Of a stretch of DNA of 64,000 nucleotides, positions 51,651-62,799 are shown piece by piece. The position numbers and the translations under genes are program-made. A model generated the notes under the pieces. That model was given only the letters and a program-made list of their open reading frames with translations, was not told the DNA's origin and did not search any database. The stretch is from Negaprion brevirostris (lineage: Eukaryota): contig JARDVH010000025.1 in the NCBI GenBank assembly GCA_030324005.1, forward strand, positions 74,355,676-74,419,675, in the 5' to 3' direction. Each line of letters starts with the position of its first letter. The stretch's first letter is position 1.

Positions 51651-52200
51651 GTCAGGTCTTTTGTTAAGTGTGAGAAAGACAGTTAAAAGCATATTAAATA
51701 TTTAAATGTTCAAACCAACAATCAGTTTCGCTGAAATCTAACGTGTTCAGGCTCAAGCTGATGACTAAGGCCTAATTGAAGTGGAAATGTAGCTATCTAT
51801 ATATATTTGGGTAGAAGCACGTGTTCAGCACAAGCACTGAATGTTGATCATATGCACACTTTTCTTTGACTGTCTGAAGGCTAAGATTGCGCAATTCATT
51901 GAACCCGTGTTATTTTGCCGTTGATTGTGAGAAGGGCGAAATTGTTACTTCATTATCAGCAGCATAATATTTGTACAGATAATGTGTGTGCAGAAACTGT
52001 GTGATAGAAAATGTGTGCGTTATGAAAGCTGGGAAGATGTTTAAGTGGCACCATGTGTACGCTTACCTAGTTTTGAACGCAGAAAAAATTACAGATGGTT
52101 AGTGAAGTGTGAAGAAAAGGCAGTCTTGGTTTATTTTCAGAATGTAGACAATATACCTATTGTATTTCAGATATATTAAAAAGAAAATAATATTTAATGT

Positions 52201-52232
52201 CACACAGTGGTTAGCACTGCTGCCTCACAGCC
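52201..52232 (+). mobile_element. HE1-like SINE head, interrupted by the palindromic element
   Basis: CACAGTGGTTAGCACTGCTGCCTCACAGC. Confidence 0.7.
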
Positions 52233-52320
52233 ATGATGTGGAGATATCCGCATTGGAATGGGGTGGGCACAGTAAGAAACCTCACAACACCAGGTTAAAG
52301 TCCAACAGGTTTAGTTGGTA

Positions 52321-52357
52321 TCACGTGCTTTCGGAGCGCTGCTCCTTCATCAGATGA
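52321..52357 (-). ncRNA. Minimal type I hammerhead ribozyme motif (U16.1 mutated)
   Basis: TCAT-CTGATGA-A-GGAGC-AGC-GCTCC-GAAA-GC-AC-GTGA. Confidence 0.65.
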
Positions 52358-52370
52358 GTCTCATCAGGAC

Positions 52371-52406
52371 TCACCGGATGAAGGAGCAGTGCTCTGAAAG
52401 CTCGTG
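52371..52406 (+). ncRNA. Minimal type I hammerhead ribozyme motif (core CUGA mutated to CGGA)
   Basis: TCAC-CGGATGA-A-GGAGC-AGT-GCTCT-GAAA-GC-TC-GTGA followed by AATAAA. Confidence 0.6.
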
Positions 52407-52563
52407 ATACCAAATAAACCTGTTGGATTTTAAACTGGTGTTGTGAGACTTCCTAATGTGCCTNNNNNNNNNNNNNNNNNNNNNNNNNNNNNNNNNNNNN
52501 NNNNNNNNNNNNNNNNNNNNNNNNNNNNNNNNNNNNNNNNNNNNNNNNNNNNNNNNNNNNNNN

Positions 52564-53460
52564 AGTGCGGCTTAACTAAGGTTCTGTAAACCTGCAACAT
52601 GACTTGCCAATTTTAAACTCAGTGGCCTGGCTGATGAAGGCCAGCGTGCATTATGCCTTCTTAACCACCTTTTCCACCTCTGTTGCCACTTTCAGTGACC
52701 TGTAGACCTGGACACACAGATCCCTCTACCTATCAATACACTTAAGGATTCTGCCTTTTACTGTATATTTCCCATCTGTATTAAACCTTCCAAAATGCAT
52801 TAACTCACATTTGTCTGAATTAAACTTCAGCTGCCATCTGTCCGCCCAATTCTCCAATCGATCTATATCCTGCTGCATTCTCTGATGGTCCTCATCGCTA
52901 TCCGTAATTCCACCAACCTTTGTGTCGTCCACAAACTTACTAATCAAACCAGTTACAATTTCCTCCAAATTATTTATATATATTACAAACAACAAAGGTC
53001 CCAGCACTGATCCCTGAGGAACACCACTTGTCACAGCTCTCCATTCAGAAACACACCCTTCCACTGATACCCTCTATCTTCCATGACCAAGCTGGTTCTG
53101 TATCCATCTTGCCAGGTCATCTCTGATCTGGTGCGATTTCACCTTCTGTACCAGTTCCCAGACTCATCATCCACCAAGCCCTTGTCCTTTTGACCTCGTC
53201 GAAAGCCTTACTAAAATCCATGTAGACAACATCCACTGCTCTATCCTAATCATTCCTCAAAAAAAAACAATCAAGTTAACAAGATGTGACTTGCCTCGCA
53301 TAAAGCCATGCTGACTTTCCCTAATTAGGTCATGCTTTTCCAAATGCATGTAAATCCTATTCCTAAAAATCCTCTCCAATAGTTTCCCAACCTCTGATAT
53401 GAAATTCACCAGTCTGTAATTTCCTGGATTATTCTGATTACCTTTCTTGAGCAGGAGCAA
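52564..53460 (-). mobile_element. CR1 LINE reverse transcriptase fragment (pseudogenised)
   Basis: VTSGVPQGSVLGPLLFVIYINNL...SKFVDDTKVGG and KKGNQNNPGNYRLV...GKLLERI...SQHGFMRGKS. Confidence 0.95.
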
Positions 53461-53737
53461 GACTATTCCTGCTCATAAGTTCTATGTGCCTATATTTCTA
53501 AGATGGGATTTTAAAGTGCATTGAAGGTTCAGCCCAAGGTATCATCTCATTAATGGAGTTAAAAGTTGGCTTTTAAACAGAAAATTGAACAATGGCGCAA
53601 TGTTCAATCTTCTGTTGGTTTATTAAACAGCTGATTACCACTAAAAATCACCACTAGTGTTCCTTAAAGCAGCTGCACATTTTGGAAGCTGACGCTTCGA
53701 TTGTCACCAAATTCTCCAGTGCCACTTCCGAGAAACT

Positions 53738-54092
53738 GTGCGCCCTATACAGCAAGCAATTAGGAATGCAAACGGCATATTGATCTTTATGGTGAAGAGA
53801 TTAGAGTATAAGTACAAGGAGATTTTGGTACAGGTGTACAGTTTTGGATGGAATTTTACAGCCTTTTTTGCCAATGTGATCTTTCAGTCCTCCCAAAGTC
53901 AGTGGACTTTTGAATGGCCCGTTGCATTTTCTGGCTCCATCCCTACCATGATGGGGCCATAAAATTCCACTCTTGGTCTCCATATTTAAGGATGGATATG
54001 CTTGCATTGGAAGTGGTATTGCAAGGGTTCACATTTGGTTCCTGTGATCAGAGACTAAATTACATATGTCTATATTCTTTTTAGTTTAGAAA
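53738..54092 (+). mobile_element. CR1 3' fragment containing a MITE
   Basis: QQAIRNANGILIFMVKRLEYKYKEILVQ...QF|WSPYLRMDMLALEVV. Confidence 0.75.
53846..53972. mobile_element. ~127-bp MITE
   Basis: TIRs GGATGGAATTTTA / TAAAATTCCACTC; cleanly splits the CR1 sequence CAGTTTTGGTCTCC. Confidence 0.75.
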
Positions 54093-57000
54093 AATTGGCC
54101 AAAATAATCCTCTGTATAACTATGTTGCTCTGATATTTGGTGCTTACTATTTCTGCACCCAAAATCACATGCTTATCTGTGCACCAGTCCTTTTCATTAC
54201 CCCTGTATCTCAAATAACTGCTGCATGTAACTTGATTTAACTTGTTGCAAAATGATGCAGTACTTTAGAAACTGGATTGACCATTGTAAGAAAATAGGCC
54301 AGTATTTGGGTTTATTATTATTGCACTGAATTACCGCTTAGGCACACCAAAATGCGTGTCCCTGATTGTGTTTTCTATATTTAGCAAGTATTTTGATTCC
54401 AACATTGGCTCTCTTTTGTGTTTGGATGAACTTGCTGAATTTCTCCTGTAACATGTCAGTGTGAATAAATAAAGAGTCAGTAGTTTTACTCTTATGCCGA
54501 GAATATGCAATAATTCACATAATCAACTTCATGAACTTTGACATTTTGCAAGATGTTGAAACAGTGTTGCCATGAATAATTGGGAGCACAGAAAGGAGTA
54601 TTGTAACTCATGGACAATTCTGTTGCAAAATAAATTTATTGTTGTCATAAATAATTCATGTATATCCTTCCTTCAGTTGAAACTCAAGAGTATAGCTCCT
54701 TTGATTTGAGAACCAAATCTCTTTTTAGTGGAGATTAAAGTCTGAATTTTGTCACATAAATTCAATAAGCTGTAACAAGCAAAAACAGAAATACTGTAGT
54801 CACATTTTAATTCTAGGTGTTATTAGTTATGTGAGTACAGCTGTAATGTTAAATTTAACTTACTTTTTTTTAAAGCTTGACATATGCATACACTGTTAGA
54901 AAAGCAATGTGGTTAGAACTGGTGCAATTTATATTAACTTATTTCATTCTCTCATGTACTTACTGATTCCTCTGAGGCATTTCCTTCAAGACTATGAGCA
55001 TTTACCAACTAAAGAACCATATTAGAAGACAGCAAATTGACAAATAAAATTAACCATCTTTAAATTGAGTGATAATTATTTGGTGCCTGTGGAACATAAT
55101 GCTGAGAAAGAGTTGTCACGTACTTTCTGTTTGTATTTTAATTTATGTTTGATGAGCCAGAATTAATAATATTTCTGCACTGTAGTGGACATAATATTAT
55201 GTGGTAACTCATAGTGATATTTAGCAATTAGAGAATGGGCTATATTTCTTTATGCCCTAGAACTGAGACCAGTGCCACTCTGTCAGTAGTCTGGCAGTGA
55301 CAACTGTAAACTAGCACGAATATCAGCAGGCAGTCACTTCTTATCATGTTCCAAGTGTCAAACTAGTTACTATGTGGAGTCAAGAAAGTGAGTGGATCTC
55401 ATACTATGGGATTTAGCTTTCTTTATGCGGCCGATTCTAGCATTGGAGAATGCAAATTTTCAGAAGTTGGCTACATCTGCCAGAACAAATCCATTGGGTA
55501 TCTTCCAGCCTATAGAATATAATGCTTCAAAGAAAAAGAAAACAAGATAGGTAGTTGTCTGACAATATTTTGCTTTTTTCAGTTCCTTTGTTTATGCCTT
55601 GCCAGTCAACCTGACAGAGCAGATTGGAAATAGGCACCCTGTTCCAAATTTTCTATCCCCACTGTTCTTGAAACAGCTGGCAAAGGGTGCGAGAGCAAAC
55701 AGAACTTGACTCACCTTCCAATTTTACTGTTACCATCCTTTACAAAATTCTTTCCATCTGTTTGCTGCCTCTTTTCACATATCCTATATTTTTTTTAAAT
55801 GAGAAGCCAAATTCAAAGAGCCCAGGCTGATTTACAACAGCAAGGTTGAAAATGGTAAGAAAGCAAAGTAAATCAAGAAGTGGTTTTAGGGAAACACCAA
55901 GCTTAGGATTCAAAAGTCTGTAGATTTTTAAAAGAAATAAAGAGTAAGGGAACTATAAACATTTCCAAAGAATAAATAGTCACCAAACTGAGCCTTGATT
56001 TCAAAGCATTGAGAATGAATGGAGAATATATATACACATGCAGCATCCTTGGAACTGAGGAGGCATAACAGAAGAGGGTTCTGTGGAAGGTTGTGCAGAG
56101 AAATAGGAATAAATAACATTTTCAGAGAGAGGAAGGGAGATCTAGGTAAAGAATATTTGTCAGACAAGATGTATGTGCCTCAACTCTAGGTGATAAGCTA
56201 TTTAGTTTCCAATTTTCTCTTCCTGTACTCTGTTAAGATGGTAACTCATGACGGTTCACAGTAAACTTACTCCTAAGGAGCAAAAACTTCAGGCAGCTTG
56301 AGATCAGTGCTAGCACTTTTGTTGTTATGCGTGCTTTCTTGCAGGCCTAGGTGACACACGATATAAAGAAGCAGAGCAGAACCGGCAGCAGCAGGATGTC
56401 TGCACCACCCTAGTTGGCAGAAGACATGGCACAGAACTTACTCTCCCCAAATTCTTCTGTTCCATATTGCTGCCACTCTACAGACCCAGAGGCATTGGGA
56501 CTGCTGTTCCCATACCCATTGCAGCCTTAGGGTGGACAGTTTGCTTATTGTTCTGCCTTTCATGTGAGGCACTCTGCAACAAATCCAAAGGCTTAACTCC
56601 AGGAAGTACTCCAGGACCTTCCAGTTTTTGTGCATGAGAAAATAAACTCAAAAGTCATTTTCCCTTTGATTTGGGTGACTGGCTTTTTAAGGAATGAGAA
56701 TGCATGGCCCATCTTGCAGCCTCATGCGGGATCTTTGAAGACTGATGAACAAGTATATATACAGAAGCAGCATGATCCAAATTCCAAATCGTGATATCAT
56801 ATCAGTCATCTGAGGGCTGCATGACATTAGGAGACCGCTAATTCAGAGCCTTCTTTTTGGGCTGACATTGCATTTCTCTCATGGGAAGTGATGGTAAGCC
56901 TCCAGAATGCCACTTGAGGCAGCACGATAAGACCGGATTTACAGCTCTGGGTGTTTGGCACCGAACGGACTCTCCATTCTTTAGCGTTCCAGCTCCTCAA

Positions 57001-57752
57001 TCCAAAAGAATCATTCTTTTTGTCAGTGTTAGTAGCTCAAGCAGTCTTTGAGCTAATGCCAGTAGAACTGCAATAGTCACCAATCAGTAGCTGGTGATAA
57101 AAGATCATCTCTTATTTAGTGTGAGAAGTATACAGCCATTGGCTTAGGACAGGCAGGCAGCATTTTAATTGTGGATTGATTTAAATAGCATATGGATTTA
57201 AAAATATTCATTAAATGGTGACTTTAAAATACTGTTAGGGGTGTGGTCAGAATCAACATGACATTTTATTTACTTTAAGTCAACAGGGTCTCTGTCCTTC
57301 TAGGCACCCTGTGCTCCTATGTGAAGGGAACTAGTATTTGTTAAAGATTCCATGGTACTACTTGAAGAATTATCGCCGCTGACTTTTTAAAAAATATGCC
57401 ATCTGATTATTTGGTGAAGAATAAAGATGTCACTTCTGTATTACATATTATGATATAAAGAAGATTGACAGATGTTGATAAAATTCCCATGGTACTGTTC
57501 TGAAGAAGAATAACAGATGTTTGAAGATCACGTGTTACTATATTTAAAAAAAAGTTAGCAAGTGTATGATAAGGATCCCATGGCGCATTTGAAAAAGAAT
57601 TCAAGGTGTTTATTCAAGGGTGCATTGTTCTATTCTTAAAAACAAAGCATCTGTTTTTTGAACAGATTGTGGTAATATATGAAGAAGAGTTCATCCATTG
57701 ATATCTGTTCTGCCCCAAAGGCTTAATTGGCTCATTGTCTGCTGATAATTTT

Positions 57753-58070
57753 GGGGTGGCACGGTGGCACAGTGGTTAACACTGCTGTCTCACGGCACCA
57801 GGGACCGGGGTTCAATTCCAGCCTCGGGTCACTGTCTTTGTGGAGTTTGCACATTCTCCCTGTGCCTGCGTGGGTTTTCTCCCACAGTCCAAAGATGTGC
57901 AGGCTAGGGTTAATTGGCCATGCTAAATTGATCCTAGTGTCAGGGGATTAGCGGGGTAAATATGTGGGATTATGGGAATAGGACCTGGGTGGGATTGTGG
58001 TTTGTGCAGACTCGATGGGCTGATTGGCCTCCTTCTGCATTGTAGGGATTCTATGTTTCTACGATTCTAT
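57753..58070 (+). mobile_element. HE1-like V-SINE, full length
   Basis: A-box TGGCACAGTGG, B-box GGTTCAATTCC, core, and CR1-like tail GGCCTCCTTCTGCATTGTAGGGATTCTATG. Confidence 0.9.
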
Positions 58071-58519
58071 AGGTGTATATTCATAAGGAAAGTGATGAAA
58101 GCACATATTTTTATGTGGCTGTGGTTATTTTCACTGTTTCCATTCCAACACCTCACTGTAATGAGAGTAGGCTATTTCACTGACTTCAGGAATAATGTTG
58201 CTTTCTTACTAGTCTGAGTTTGTTTTATGCTTTTCTGGTTGCTCCCCAGCGAGAAGGTCATCTCACTGGGTCTTTACTCATGGGTTTCTCAAACCAGTTG
58301 CTCAGAGGTGCAAACTAATAGTTTTCTGTCTGAGTTTTTTTTAAACAGCTTTACTTCCTAACAGAAATTCTCTGCAGAAGGAATTATTGAAGACAACAGA
58401 CCCCTTATTACCTCATTCTGCACATATCAACTTATCATTGTATCAAAGCAAGCTACCACTGGGCTGATTACACAACAATGTATTATTAATCTCAATCTAA
58501 AAATGAACTTTTAGCTAAC

Positions 58520-59180
58520 TGGGATGCCGCATCATGGAATCATACAATACAGGAAGGGGCATATCAAGTCTGTCGCTGCTCTTTCAAAAAACAGTCCAGT
58601 TAGTCCCACTCCTCTACTCTTTCCCAATATTCTGGTTTATGCACTCTGCTCCTCTATTTATATGGCTCAGGATTCAATATACTTTATTAACCGATTTGTG
58701 AGCCTGTCCTGCCACTTTCAGTGATGAAGTGGAGATGTCGGCGTTGGACTGGAGTGGACACAGTAAGAAGTCTGATAACACCAGGTTAAAGTCAAACAGG
58801 TTTATTTGGTATCATTAGCTTTTGGAGCCCTGCTGCTTCAACGGGCTCCTTCAACACTCACCTGATGCAGGTGCAGCGCTCCGAACGCTCCTGATAACAA
58901 ATCAACATGTTGAACTTTAACCTGGTGTTGTGAGACTTCTTACTGTGACTTTTGATGATTTGTGGAGAAGCACCCTGTTCTCTTTCCTCTGGCACCCCTT
59001 TCAAATTTATACCATTGAGCTTGTGTTGTTGCTTCTCATTCTTCCTAACAAAATGTATCACAAAACATTTCTCGTCAGTTAATCTGTGATGTATCAGTCT
59101 ATTCCATCAGCCTGCTGATGTCTCTTGAAGCTTATCACTGTTTTCCTCATTGTTCACTACACTTCCTGGTTTTGTGCTGT
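58520..59180 (-). mobile_element. Decayed CR1 fragment split by the palindromic pLTR element
   Basis: MIHFVRKNEKQQHKLNGINLKGVPEERE; CATGGAATCATACAATACAGGAAGGGGCCAT tail. Confidence 0.65.
58724..58950. mobile_element. Palindromic Penelope-type pLTR pair with decayed hammerhead motifs
   Basis: CACAGTAAGAAGTCT.A.AACACCAGGTTAAAG / CTTTAACCTGGTGTTGTGAGACTTCTTACTGTG; plus-strand TCAC-CTGATGC-...-GCTCC-GAAC-GCTC. Confidence 0.8.
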
Positions 59181-59439
59181 GATTTCAGCAGCAATTTCCA
59201 ATCATAAGAAAGGTCTATGGAAATACTGGTGTGTTAGCAAACCATATTGACAGTATCACTGTAACACACGTTGCTTCTAAAACAGACTCTGGAAGTAATT
59301 TGTGGGCAGCAAGTCAGTTTGACAGATTGGGCCTCTTGTTATAGAGCCCACCTTATTTTCATTTCCGTTGAAAATGAAAATTATGCCTCGTATTTCTCTG
59401 TGCTGTGATTGGGACTTTTCAAAGAATATTATTTTCAAA

Positions 59440-59715
59440 TAAAAAGATAAATATTCAATTTTAGCAGCATATATGGAGAGAGGAACAGAGTAAACATTTC
59501 AAGTTGAAAGTTACTTCTTCAGAACTGAAGAAAGGTGGGACTGTGGTGGCTTTTATGCCGTTAGGAGGGGGAGGGGAGGAACAGAGAACAAAATGGAAGG
59601 TCTGAGATAAGCTGGAGGGCAGAAGAGATTGAATGACAAGGATATCATGTAACAAACAATAAAGAGGGATGATTATTTAAGATTTCCTGCAATACTTTGT
59701 TTTTATTATTATTAT
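59440..59715 (-). mobile_element. Penelope-type tail fragment
   Basis: Colinear with 33830-34020. Minus strand CAGTT-CTGAAGA-AGTAACTTTCAACTT-GAAATGTT is a decayed hammerhead-like motif. Confidence 0.65.
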
Positions 59716-60359
59716 TGAAATACTTTCTTCTTACCTTCACACAAAGTTGAAGAGATAGTTAGAATTATAATCTGCCCCCATAATCAATGCACTGAATATG
59801 GAATGGCGATTTACCTTGGGGTTGGGGTAGCAGGATAGTGTCCATGAGCAGAACAGATTGGACATGATGATGATCAATGTTAGTGCAGATCAGGCAAACA
59901 AGAGACCAACTCTAACACAGGATATGAAAGCAAACAGTGTGAATAAGATAAGGCAGATAAGAGGACGGTTTAAACACCAATAAGATAGGATAGATAAAAA
60001 GTTGACCAGTGTCAGTGGGGATGGTAGGACAGTAATCAAAATTAGTGTTGTGAAGGAAGGAAGACTTTTGGTATTGGTACAGAGAACCTAGTTTCAATTG
60101 AAACTCAATCAATGTGCAAAGGCAAGGATATTAACCTAGATCAGGAATTGCTCAATGATCTGCTATCCCAGGTTTCCCCATCTTCTTTTCAACCTAAATG
60201 AAAATTCAAGACCTGCAAAGATTGAAGAGGGAAATCTACTTGTTCTGTGTGCCTCAATACACCAACGGGGCCTCAGAACATATTCTACATGAGTCTATCA
60301 ATCCTAAATGGACAGCACTGTCACACAAAGTTTCAAATGAACACCCATCCATAGAACAA

Positions 60360-60428
60360 AGATTTACAGTTTACATATTAGTGTCACAAGTCAGCTTACA
60401 TTAACACTGCAATGAAGTTACTGTGAAA
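60360..60428 (-). mobile_element. Isolated alternative SINE/LINE tail
   Basis: GCTTACATTAACACTGCAATGAAGTTACTGTGAAA matches 29628-29662. Confidence 0.7.
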
Positions 60429-61337
60429 GATGCATAGTGTAAGTTACTGCACATTTTGCAAAAAAAGTAGTGTAAATCATTACAATTGCCACAAAAATGC
60501 CACAAACCACTAAAATCACCACAAAAATGTCCATAAATTACTAAACTTGAATTAATCACCAAACTAATCAAATTTGATGAGTGAGTTGCATGCGCACAAA
60601 CCAGTCTTTCAAAGTAATATCCATGTCAAGCAGATGACAGCCATCACAGAAACATTTAATGCAACAGAAGAAAGTCTGTTCATGTCTGGCACTGAGGCTG
60701 CTTTACAAAAGGACAGGCAGTGTGAAGCACGCGCAGACAGGCCCAAATTAGCACCTTTTCTTAACTGCTTCTTTTAGATTTGCTGCTGAATCCACATTCC
60801 TGCTGTGGACTCTTAATAACTGACAAAAAAGGACAGTGCCTTCATGAAGAAAGTGACTTTAAGGAGGAAGAACTGGATGACTTTGTTACAATAATACTTT
60901 GTGTGATTAAAATAATACATTGCCAGGTCATTTATGAAAATTAAAATGCTGGTTTATAAACAAAAGAAAATAGATTCATTAAGTGCTTCATAAAGTTAAC
61001 AGTCTTCAACCCAGTAGTGGATTTGTCAAGTAGTTTGACTGAATGGATGTAAATGTACATTTTTAAGCAAATCATACTTATTTGGCTATTTGATTGGATA
61101 TTTAGAAAGTAAAAGTGAGACTTCTCAACTGTGCAGTTAATTCTTTCAAAAGCTATATTGAATAAAACAACCAATAATTTGGAGTTTTAACCATGCGGTA
61201 ACTGAATAATAAATCAAATGACCGAAACAATTCACATGGTAATAAGTAATTGAAAATATCATCCTTGGTCATGTCAATACGCTAATATGGTTTCAAAGAG
61301 TTCAGAAATCATGACAAATTGAGCAGAAAATCCAGTG

Positions 61338-61615
61338 AAGTCTTGCTGCACTGTAAATAATATCTCTGCCCTTAAATCAGAAGCTCTGGTTTCAAATCCC
61401 GCCCCAGGGCTTGATGGCCAAGGAAGGTGAGTAAGTTGAGGTTGAGTATTGACTTGTAAATCCTTCCAACACATGCCAATGGCAGGCAGTAACAGCAGGA
61501 GAAATTCCTGGTCAGCCATGTGATAGAAAGAAATTGGAGCTTCCACCATCACTATTCGTAGCTCCATGCTACAGCATTCAGGTACATTGCCACAATAACT
61601 TGGTCTCCTTGGGGC
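61338..61615 (+). mobile_element. Old tRNA-like-headed SINE, family C
   Basis: Colinear with 36687-37005; B-box-like GGTTTCAAATCCC. Confidence 0.65.
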
Positions 61616-62799
61616 TGTTTGGCTCGGCTGACTGGATTGATTGATGCCAACAGCATTGCATTTGATCCCCATTCTGCATTGGGTGGATTTGAGACCTGCC
61701 TCCTTACTCTATGGGTCAGAGCTGCACATTGCCTCCAGGCAGAGAACTCCAGGAGAAGAGCAGAAACAGAAAGATCAGAGGGAAAGCAGCTGGACTGTTG
61801 TCAGGTTACAGGTTCTATTCATTCTCACTGTGTTTCCCATTGCCTTCTATCCACTTTTTACTTTTAAATCTTAGGACTTATACACACTCCCTTTCTTGTT
61901 TCAGTGTTACTGATTGCATACATTCAATGTTTTTATAACCAATCATGTATGTAGAACGGTCACCTTGGTGAACTATTGGACAGGTGACGCTTCTGCTATT
62001 TCCTACTGCAAAATCTTTCAGGACAGAAGGGAAGAATTTGGGGTTGCAGGTAGAGGAGAAGGAGAGATGTTCAGAATACATAATAATTTAATTAGGAAAA
62101 TCTTTTTAATATCATAGGTTTTAAAGATAATTTCTTTTTAATCCATTAGTAACTCAAAGCTATCATGAGAGCGGTGTCCACTATCTGGGGCATTATCAGA
62201 GGCCTGGGAGGAGGGGGAGTGCTGGGATCTGGATAGGTCAATTAGTAAAAGGGGCAGTTGGGTGGCCTTGGTTGGGGCATTAGGGAGTGGGATTAGTGGC
62301 CTAGTAGTTTGTCAAGTAGTTTGAAACATTTTGTGGAGTGGCCTGCATGTACTCAGTCACTGGGATGCACACTGGATTCAGGAAGTAGGTGTAAAATGTT
62401 CACTTCCTGGATCCCAAATCATCATCTGGATGAGGCTGCTGGGTTCCTTAAGGTTTGGGAAACCCAGCCGACTTCAGATAAATTTTAAAAAATGCAGCCT
62501 CATTACCATATTTGAATGATCAACCTGTGTCCTTGAAGCAGAAGTCACAGGGGAGGGTAGAGTAAAGGTTTTATTTCAGAACTCACATCAATAGGATTTC
62601 TCCTATGTCACTACTGACACAGGCTGGATGGCTTGTTTCTATGCTGTAAATTTTATGCAATTCTATGCCGTAACTTGTGCCCTTTGAGGGTACAACAGGG
62701 TTTCCTGTTCCTGGAAGGTACTTAAAAGATTAGGTGGTGTTTGATCTTTCTTTGTAACTTGCTTGATATCAGCTTCTGTAGAATTTGGTGCAGAAACTT

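Larger units (their letters stand above)
52233..52463. mobile_element. Palindromic (inverted) Penelope-type pLTR pair
   Basis: 52266-52360 pairs with 52368-52462 around a 7-nt loop; the right arm runs into a 100-N gap. Confidence 0.8.

Noticed and set aside
60488-60545. Degenerate CCACAAAAATG-like tandem units
   Set aside because: Ordinary decayed minisatellite; no unique spacers, so not CRISPR-like.
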